This document shows, piece by piece, positions 57,587 through 64,000 of a stretch of 64,000 bases of DNA. The position numbers were made by a program, and so were the translations under genes. The stretch covers positions 1,376,001 through 1,440,000 of the forward strand of contig OZ241907.1 of assembly GCA_965203515.1 (NCBI GenBank), given 5' to 3'. The notes beneath the pieces are model-generated. The model was not told the origin of the DNA. It saw nothing but the letters and a program-made list of their open reading frames with translations, and did no database searches. The stretch comes from Spirochaetia bacterium. Lineage in GTDB: Bacteria > Spirochaetota > Spirochaetia > SZUA-6 > Bin103. Position 1 is the stretch's first letter. Every line of letters starts with the position of its first letter.

Positions 57587-58741
57587 ATGACCGCCCGCGA
57601 ATACACCTTCACGTCCGAAAGCGTCGGCATAGGCCATCCCGACAAGCTCTGCGACCAGATATCCGACGCGGTCCTGGACGCCGCGCTGCGCGACGACCCG
57701 GACGCCCGCGTGGCGTGTGAGGTCTTCACCACCACCGGGCTGGTGCTGGTCGGCGGCGAGGTCACCACCCGCGCCAGCCTCGACGCGCCGGCCCTCGTGC
57801 GCGGCGTGCTCCGCGACGCCGGCTACGTCGATCCCGACTACGGCATCGACGCCGACACCTGTGAGGTGCTCGACAAACTCCACGAGCAGTCGCCGGACAT
57901 CGCCCGGGGCGTGGACGCGCATGCCGGCAAAGAGCAGGGAGCGGGCGATCAGGGGCTCATGTTCGGGTATGCCTGCCGGGAGACCGGCCATCTGATGCCC
58001 GCGCCGATCGACTACGCGCACCGCATCATGCGCCGCGCCGCCGAGGCGAGGGAGGCGGGCGACCTTCCCTTCCTGCGCCCGGACGGCAAGTGCCAGGTCT
58101 CGGTCCGGTACCGCGGCGGCGCCCCGGTCGCCATCCCCACCGTGGTCCTGTCCCATCAGCACGATCCGTGCGTCGACGACGGCGACCTGCGCGAAGCCCT
58201 GATCGAGCAGGTGATCCGGAAGGCGCTTCCGGTCGAGCTCCTGAACGGTCAGGTGCGCTACCTGATCAACCCGACCGGCCGCTTCGTGGACGGCGGCCCG
58301 CAAGCCGATTCCGGGCTGACCGGCCGCAAGATCATCGTCGACACCTACGGCGGCATGGCGCGCCACGGCGGCGGCGCCTTCTCCGGCAAGGATCCGAGCA
58401 AGGTCGACCGATCGGCCGCCTACATGGCGCGCTACGTCGCCAAGAACGTGGTCGCGGCCGGACTCTGCAGCCGGTGCGAGGTGCAGTTGGCGTATGCGAT
58501 CGGCAAAGCCGAGCCGGTGTCGCTGCTGGTGGAGGGCTTCGGCACGGCCGAGGTGCCGGAGCACCGCATCGAGGCGGCGGTGCGCGGCGCCTTCGACCTG
58601 ACGCCGGCCGGCATCATCCGCCGCTTCGACCTGCGCCGGCCGATCTACCGGGAGACCGCCGTATACGGCCACTTCGGCCGGGACCGCTTCCCCTGGGAAC
58701 GGACCGACGCCGCCGAACGGCTGGCCGCCGCGGCGGGCTGA
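57587..58741 (+). CDS. metK: S-adenosylmethionine synthase
   Basis: [33 protein letters not shown]. Confidence 0.97.
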   Translation: MTAREYTFTSESVGIGHPDKLCDQISDAVLDAALRDDPDARVACEVFTTTGLVLVGGEVTTRASLDAPALVRGVLRDAGYVDPDYGIDADTCEVLDKLHEQSPDIARGVDAHAGKEQGAGDQGLMFGYACRETGHLMPAPIDYAHRIMRRAAEAREAGDLPFLRPDGKCQVSVRYRGGAPVAIPTVVLSHQHDPCVDDGDLREALIEQVIRKALPVELLNGQVRYLINPTGRFVDGGPQADSGLTGRKIIVDTYGGMARHGGGAFSGKDPSKVDRSAAYMARYVAKNVVAAGLCSRCEVQLAYAIGKAEPVSLLVEGFGTAEVPEHRIEAAVRGAFDLTPAGIIRRFDLRRPIYRETAVYGHFGRDRFPWERTDAAERLAAAAG

Positions 58742-58765
58742 GCCGCTGCCCACCCCCGCGCGGGC

Positions 58766-59128
58766 GTGGTGAAACCGCTCGACTACGTCACCGTCGTCTT
58801 CGCCGCCGGGCTGGTGGCCGCCATCTCGGCGGCGGTCTACGGCGATGCGGCCGAGCGCACTACGGTGCGCATCACCGCTCCGTCGGCCGAGTATCTGTTC
58901 GCCTCCACCGCCGAGGAGCAGATCACGGTGCGCGGCCCGATCGGCGAGACCGTGATCGAGATCGGCGACGGCGGCGCGCGCGTGCTCTCCTCGCCGGGCG
59001 TCCGCCAGATCTGCGTCCGCGCCGGCCACGTCTCGCGCCCCGGCGCATGGCTCGCCTGCCTGCCGAACCGGGTCTTCGTGTCGATCGAGTCCGCGGGCGA
59101 CGCCGCCATCGATGCGCGCAGCTACTGA
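58766..59128 (+). CDS. NusG domain II-containing protein
   Basis: GPIGET, QICV, LACLPNRV; precedes the Gx transporter gene. Confidence 0.85.
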   Translation: MVKPLDYVTVVFAAGLVAAISAAVYGDAAERTTVRITAPSAEYLFASTAEEQITVRGPIGETVIEIGDGGARVLSSPGVRQICVRAGHVSRPGAWLACLPNRVFVSIESAGDAAIDARSY

Positions 59129-59774
59129 GCGGCCGGGCGGCCGGACCGACCACGATACGGTCGCGCTGCTGGCGGCCGCGTCCCTGTTCCTGGCGTCGAT
59201 CGAGTTTGCGATCCCCAAGCCGGTGCCGTTCATGCGGCTCGGCTTGGCCAATCTGCCGGTGCTGATCGCCATCGCGCGGCTCGACACCCGCTCGGTGGCG
59301 CTGGTGGTGGCGCTGAAGATCGTCGGCCAGGGCTTCGTGCAGGGGACGCTCTTCTCCTACGTGGTGCTGTTTTCCGCCGCCGGCTCGCTCGCCAGCGCCG
59401 CGGTCATGCTGCTCGCCTGGCGGGCGCTGGCCGGCCCGCTGTCGCTGATCGGGGTCAGCGTGCTGGGCGGACTGGCCAGCAACGCCGCGCAGGTGGCCGC
59501 CGCCCGCTACGTGGCGTTCGGGCCGAGCGCGTGGCTGATCGCGCCGGTGTTCTTCGGCGTCGGCGCCGTCTCCTCGGCGCTGCTGGGCGCGTTCGCCGAG
59601 CGCTTTCTGCGCGCCTCCCGATGGGCGGCCGAGCTGGAGGCATCCCGGGGCCGGGAATCGGCCGGCTCCCCGCCGCTCAGCAGCACGGCCGCTCCCACAC
59701 CCGGCGGGCGTCCTCCAACCGAGGCTCCTGCCCGTCCACGAACAGCCACACGCGGCGCAGCCAGGGGGCGTTGA
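59112..59774 (+). CDS. Gx transporter family (heptaprenyl diphosphate synthase component I-like) membrane protein
   Basis: IE..IPKPVPFMRLGLAN, SLIGVSVLG, SNAAQ. Confidence 0.85.
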   Translation: MRAATERPGGRTDHDTVALLAAASLFLASIEFAIPKPVPFMRLGLANLPVLIAIARLDTRSVALVVALKIVGQGFVQGTLFSYVVLFSAAGSLASAAVMLLAWRALAGPLSLIGVSVLGGLASNAAQVAAARYVAFGPSAWLIAPVFFGVGAVSSALLGAFAERFLRASRWAAELEASRGRESAGSPPLSSTAAPTPGGRPPTEAPARPRTATRGAARGR

Positions 59775-60480
59775 ACAGCAGCGTCGACGCCAGCGCGCGC
59801 AGACGTTCGGCCCCCTGCAGGCCGCTGCCGGAATCGTCGATCAGCGCCGCGGCGCTCAGATCGAGATACAGCGTGTCGCCGGCGACCATGAGACTCCGCA
59901 CCTCGGTGGAACGGGGCAGCGCCGGCCGATGATCGCGGGCGCGCGGACCCAAGATCGACTCTTCGACCAGCAGCCGGAGCCGTTCAGGACGGCCGGCCCG
60001 CCGCGGCAGGTATCGCGTCTCTCCCGCCAAGCCCCCGCCGGCGCTGCCGAAGAAGAGCACGCGAGCCGCCGGGGGATCGTTGGCCAGCAACGCCAGAGCG
60101 GATCCGGTCACGCTCAGGATCAACGCGACCGCCGCCAGCCACCGATGCAGCCGGAAGCCCCCGCGCCATGCCGGCCGTTCGGCAGATGAGGTATCCGGCG
60201 GGAAAGGCGGTGGCGGAGCAGGCGGCGGTTCGGCCGGCTCCGGTCGCTCGTCGTCCGCCTCGACCGCCGCCTCGTCGCCTGAGCCCGTTTCCGATCCGTC
60301 CGTTGACACGGCAGATGGCGGCGTTTTGCGCGTCGTGGCGACCATCTCGAGCGCCACGCCACTGGTGTAGGCCGCGGGTTCCCGGGGCGGCGTGTCCGAG
60401 ACCGGCCTGTTCCCTTCCCACGGATAGCTTCCCGTGGCGCACTCGTACAGCGTTACACCGAGAGCGAACAGATCTCTCAC
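59677..60480 (-). CDS. GerMN-domain membrane protein, with an in-frame N-terminal Ser/Thr kinase remnant
   Basis: C-term TM helix, ETRYLP, LILGP-like, LYLDLS, TLLFN, FVDG. N-term RDLFALGVTLYECATGSYPW is kinase subdomain IX. True start uncertain. Confidence 0.65.
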   Translation of the reverse strand: MRDLFALGVTLYECATGSYPWEGNRPVSDTPPREPAAYTSGVALEMVATTRKTPPSAVSTDGSETGSGDEAAVEADDERPEPAEPPPAPPPPFPPDTSSAERPAWRGGFRLHRWLAAVALILSVTGSALALLANDPPAARVLFFGSAGGGLAGETRYLPRRAGRPERLRLLVEESILGPRARDHRPALPRSTEVRSLMVAGDTLYLDLSAAALIDDSGSGLQGAERLRALASTLLFNAPWLRRVWLFVDGQEPRLEDARRVWERPCC

Positions 60481-62018
60481 CGGCGCGCCCAGTGGTCTCC
60501 GTCGGCAATGGCGACGGCCCGCCGCCCCTTGTTCGTCAGCCGGTACTTCTGCGCGGGGCTGCGCGGCTTGTCGGGAACGGTCATTTCCAGCAGTCCTTCA
60601 CGCTGGAGCCGATCGAGCCACCTGCGGAAGTGCCCGGTGCGGTGCGCGTAGCCGGCGGCCGCCAATAGCGCTTCACCGGGAACGGGACCGTCGATGCACG
60701 CGCGAAGCAGAGCGGTATCCTTCCCGGATGGCGCAGCTTGGCCTCCATGGCCCCCAGCTTGGCCCTCATCATGGCCCTCAGTCGTCGGAGCCGGGACCTC
60801 CGCGTTGGCTGACGCCCGCCAAACAGTCGTGACGAATCCGTCTGTGACGGCAAACTCCGGTTCCGGCAGTCCCGCAGCAACGCAGCGTCGAATCATGTCC
60901 AGCGTTCCCGTACCCATGCGTTCGATGTACTCCATCAGGTACAGCGACTCCGCAAGTAATGGGTTGCCGGGCACCGACCGATGCGCCTCACGCAGCTTCT
61001 CCAGGGTCAACGGCGGCGGGAGTCGTCCGGGATTCCGGACTTCCAGGCGGTCGGCGAACAGCATGACCTGCACGCTGCCGTTGTCCGTGTAATCGCGGTG
61101 CGCCACGGCGTTGACGATCGCCTCGGTCACCACCTCTACCGGGATTTCGTACGTTCGAGGCGCCCGTGCGTTCTCCGCTCGGGTGCCGATCGATCGGTTT
61201 ATCTTGCTGAGCACGAAATCCGTCGCCTGATCGACCAGATCGAACGCCGCACCCTTGTACACCTGATACGACGGAATCGGTTTGGCGACCTCGGTTCCGT
61301 GGAAATGAGCGCACCTGATTTCGGAGGAAATCAAGAATCGTTGCGGCTTCTTTCCAAACAACAACACCGCGGCATTCGTGATCCTGTTCCCATTCAGCAG
61401 ATTCAGGTGCTCCAACAATTGCCGAGGCGGCGTCCCTGCCGGAAGTGGGAACTGACGAACTTGGCGTGCCGTGCGGATGAACTGCGCCATCCGCTCGAAA
61501 TCGAGATCGTCCAGCGCCGTGTTGCGGCACGGAGCCGCGTCGAACGGCCCCCAGCGGATCATCTCCCTGGTTTCCAGATACTCCACCAAAGCTGCGTACA
61601 CGCCTGCCTTCAACTCTGCGATGGTGTTGAATCGCTTCCTGATCAATCCCGATTGCGCCTTGGCGATCAGCGACTGCATCTTCGGATGCCGCGCTCTGTC
61701 ATTGACGACCTTCACGAAGATAAGTCGGTGTGAGCCGACTCGGGTAGCGTGGTCGAACTCCCGCTCCGTCGGAGATATTCCTGTGCCGTTCTCACTCCCA
61801 TACTCGTGACCGAACAGCCCCAGATAGATGTCCGACCGTCCAACTTCGTCCAGATAGAGATGATCGGGACTGCGATCCGCCGCCGGAGCATCCTCAAACA
61901 GAAATACGTCGAAGAACCGGCGCATCAGAACGTCGTCACGTATGTAGGCGCGTAACGTGTTCCGCTCTTCGGCAAACTCGCTCTGTACACTGCTGACGAA
62001 GATGCGGATGGGCGTCAT
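60477..62018 (-). CDS. DUF4062 + HATPase_c_4 (RecG-C-like) + wHTH protein
   Basis: RIFVSSVQSEF, YLGLFG..YG, EAIVNAVAHRDY, NPG, NPLLA, IERMGTG, PDKPRSPAQKYRLT; lower GC. Confidence 0.85.
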   Translation of the reverse strand: MTPIRIFVSSVQSEFAEERNTLRAYIRDDVLMRRFFDVFLFEDAPAADRSPDHLYLDEVGRSDIYLGLFGHEYGSENGTGISPTEREFDHATRVGSHRLIFVKVVNDRARHPKMQSLIAKAQSGLIRKRFNTIAELKAGVYAALVEYLETREMIRWGPFDAAPCRNTALDDLDFERMAQFIRTARQVRQFPLPAGTPPRQLLEHLNLLNGNRITNAAVLLFGKKPQRFLISSEIRCAHFHGTEVAKPIPSYQVYKGAAFDLVDQATDFVLSKINRSIGTRAENARAPRTYEIPVEVVTEAIVNAVAHRDYTDNGSVQVMLFADRLEVRNPGRLPPPLTLEKLREAHRSVPGNPLLAESLYLMEYIERMGTGTLDMIRRCVAAGLPEPEFAVTDGFVTTVWRASANAEVPAPTTEGHDEGQAGGHGGQAAPSGKDTALLRACIDGPVPGEALLAAAGYAHRTGHFRRWLDRLQREGLLEMTVPDKPRSPAQKYRLTNKGRRAVAIADGDHWARR

Positions 62019-62285
62019 GAGAAAGGAAATCTCGATCGTTCGGGGATGGCGGAGCGCCAAGAGTTGCGGACTTTGAATGCAGGCATCTCCTCATCCTGAG
62101 CCGTGGTCCATACAATCGTGGCCTTTGCGTGGCACGCCAAGTGTGCGAGCAGACCCTACATCACGCGTATGCCTGCCTCCAACCGACATGTCGACCCAAA
62201 TCCTCGCCTGAAGGCTCGCCGGCGACGACGGGCCTCGACGAGGTCGGCGGCGGCTCTGGGCAGGATCCCCGCCGGCTCCCTTGCC

Positions 62286-63338
62286 TCAGCCGGCCGCGTC
62301 CGCCGGCGACGACTCGAACCACTCGATGAATCCGGTGACGCCATCGTAGATGCCTTGCGTGAGATCGTTCAAGTAGTCCGCCTGCGTCATCAACCGCGCC
62401 TCGGCCGGGTTGGAGACGAAGCCGAGCTCGACCAGCACCGCCGGCATGCGGGAGTGCCGCAGCACCGAGAAGTTTTCGTCGCGTACGCCCCGGTTCTGCG
62501 AGCGCGTTCCGACGTGGGCGTCGAGGCCGTCCAGGATCTCGTTCGCCAGCACGACGCTCTCGCGGCTGATCTGCTCTTCCAGCATCGCGTTGAAGATCGG
62601 TTGGGTGTCGCGGTCGCCGCTCGGCACCCGGTCGGCCGACACCACGTTCCGCTTGTGGCTGTCGGGCAGCACCCAGACCTCGAAGCCGCTGGCCTGCGCG
62701 CGGAACGCGGCGTTCGCGTGGATGGAGATGAACAGCATGACGTCCGGATCTTCGGGAAGCTCGTCATTGGCGCGCACCGACCGTTCCTCCAGCACCACGA
62801 AGAAGTCGGCGTCGCGGGTGATCAGGACCCGTTTGTCCGGAAAGCCCTTCGTGAGCCGGGCGTACAGCCTGCGGCCGACGTCCAGCACGATGTCCTTCTC
62901 GCGCACCTCGACCCGCCGGCCGCCGAATCGGTGCCTGCCGACGGCGCCGGGGTCTTGGCCGCCGTGACCGGGATCGATCATGATCGCGGCCACCCGCAGC
63001 GCCCCCTCCGGCCGCGGCGGGTTCAGCACCGCCGCGATCTGCTCGGCGCCGTCGTCGGTGAAGCGGATGGCGGCGCCCTGCCGCGTGACCGGGCCGATGT
63101 CGAGGCGCCGGTCGTAGTCGATCACCGCCCACGACACGCCAACCCCGAACGCCACCGTAGTGTCGCGGCGCAGCAGCAGCCCCTTCTGCGACCAGGGATC
63201 CCACTCCAGGGTGGCGCCGGTCTCGCGCCGCAGGTCCATCAGATCGGTCTCGCCCCACGCCGCGGCAGCCCCGCAGGCGAGCACGGCGGCGAACATCGTG
63301 ACAAGGCGGACCCGTGAGCAGACCATCCGTCGATTCAT
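62286..63338 (-). CDS. N-acetylmuramoyl-L-alanine amidase (Amidase_3)
   Basis: IDPGHGGQDPGA, EKDIVL, FISIHAN, PAVLVELGFVSN; start ATG 63338. Confidence 0.93.
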   Translation of the reverse strand: MNRRMVCSRVRLVTMFAAVLACGAAAAWGETDLMDLRRETGATLEWDPWSQKGLLLRRDTTVAFGVGVSWAVIDYDRRLDIGPVTRQGAAIRFTDDGAEQIAAVLNPPRPEGALRVAAIMIDPGHGGQDPGAVGRHRFGGRRVEVREKDIVLDVGRRLYARLTKGFPDKRVLITRDADFFVVLEERSVRANDELPEDPDVMLFISIHANAAFRAQASGFEVWVLPDSHKRNVVSADRVPSGDRDTQPIFNAMLEEQISRESVVLANEILDGLDAHVGTRSQNRGVRDENFSVLRHSRMPAVLVELGFVSNPAEARLMTQADYLNDLTQGIYDGVTGFIEWFESSPADAAG

Positions 63339-63440
63339 GTATCGGCAGTCCGGCGCCGCGGGTGCAGAGCCGGCCGGCGCCCGCCCAGGCGCGGGCGCGC
63401 CGCGTTGCACCGCCGGGCGAGCGCCACGTACCCTTGCCGC

Positions 63441-64000
63441 GTGCTGGGGCGAATGCAGATCTATTCGGTGGCCGAGATTACCCGTCGGGTCAGGGGCATG
63501 CTCGGCGGCGCCTTTCCCGACATCACCGTCGAAGGCGAGGTCTCCAACGCCCACCGGGCGGCCAGCGGCCACCTCTACTTCAGCCTGAAGGACCGCCGCG
63601 CCATGCTGCAGGCGGCGATGTTCCGCACCCAGCTCGCGCGGGCCGACTTCGTCCCGCGCGACGGCATGCTGATCCGCGCGCGCGGCGCCATCGACGTGTA
63701 CGAGCAACGTGGCACGTACCAGTTGGTGGTCCAATCGGTGCAACGGGCCGGCGCCGGCGACCTGCTGGCGCTGCTGGAGGAACGCAAGCGACGGCTGGCC
63801 GCGCGCGGCTGCTTCGACCTGGAGCGCAAGCGGTCGATCCCCCGCGTGCCGCGGCGCGTGGTGGTGATCACCTCGCCGGCCGGAGCGGCGCTGCGCGACA
63901 TCCTCGACGTGCTGCGGCGGCGGCATGCCGGCATCGATCTGGTGATCCTGCCGGCGCAGGTACAGGGCGCCGGAGCGGGCGGCTTCATCGCCTCCCGGCT
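63441..64000 (+). CDS. xseA: Exodeoxyribonuclease VII large subunit (runs off window)
   Basis: Not in the ORF track. Manual translation: MQIYSVAEITRRV...VEGEVSN...SGHLYFSLKD...RGTYQL...VITSPAGAALRDIL...QVQG. Confidence 0.93.
   Translation, partial: MLGRMQIYSVAEITRRVRGMLGGAFPDITVEGEVSNAHRAASGHLYFSLKDRRAMLQAAMFRTQLARADFVPRDGMLIRARGAIDVYEQRGTYQLVVQSVQRAGAGDLLALLEERKRRLAARGCFDLERKRSIPRVPRRVVVITSPAGAALRDILDVLRRRHAGIDLVILPAQVQGAGAGGFIASR

Noticed and set aside
53954..59287. 1777-aa ORF, and the 1081-aa ORF at 54301..57546
   Set aside because: Shadow frames of mfd/metK; Arg/Ala/Gly-rich with no motifs.

Overview
This is a very GC-rich bacterial window. A spirochaete-like origin is only a weak guess, from the solute-binding-protein signal peptides and the mfd/metK/NusG-II/Gx-transporter/GerMN/amidase/xseA gene order. 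The left half (1-32 kb) is mostly carbohydrate and organic-acid uptake and catabolism: ABC transporters, BNR/sialidase-like proteins, a heparinase-like lyase, dehydratases and fhs. Two small accessory insertions interrupt it. (i) An intact Rpn gene lies beside a 655-aa in-frame chimera of a type I-E-like Cas3 HD nuclease and a second Rpn copy. A 1-nt deletion restores the frame of the chimera, and no other cas genes or array are present. (ii) A HEPN-like/ParA-like fusion is coupled to a P-loop ATPase. A ~21.6-kb defence island (32.3-53.9 kb) carries a restriction-like core (HTH-SNF2-DUF3883 helicase, DUF1156 methylase, DUF499 ATPase). Cargo is nested between and around the core genes: AAA ATPases, Rpn, a DUF262-HEPN pair, four Uma2 nucleases (two forming a long inverted repeat) and a stray 65-bp copy of the methylase. 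All three Rpn ORFs carry an internal Shine-Dalgarno plus ATG for a small C-terminal protein. The right end is housekeeping, interrupted by a lower-GC insert with a Ser/Thr-kinase remnant. All family assignments come from motifs recognised by eye; no database searches were run.
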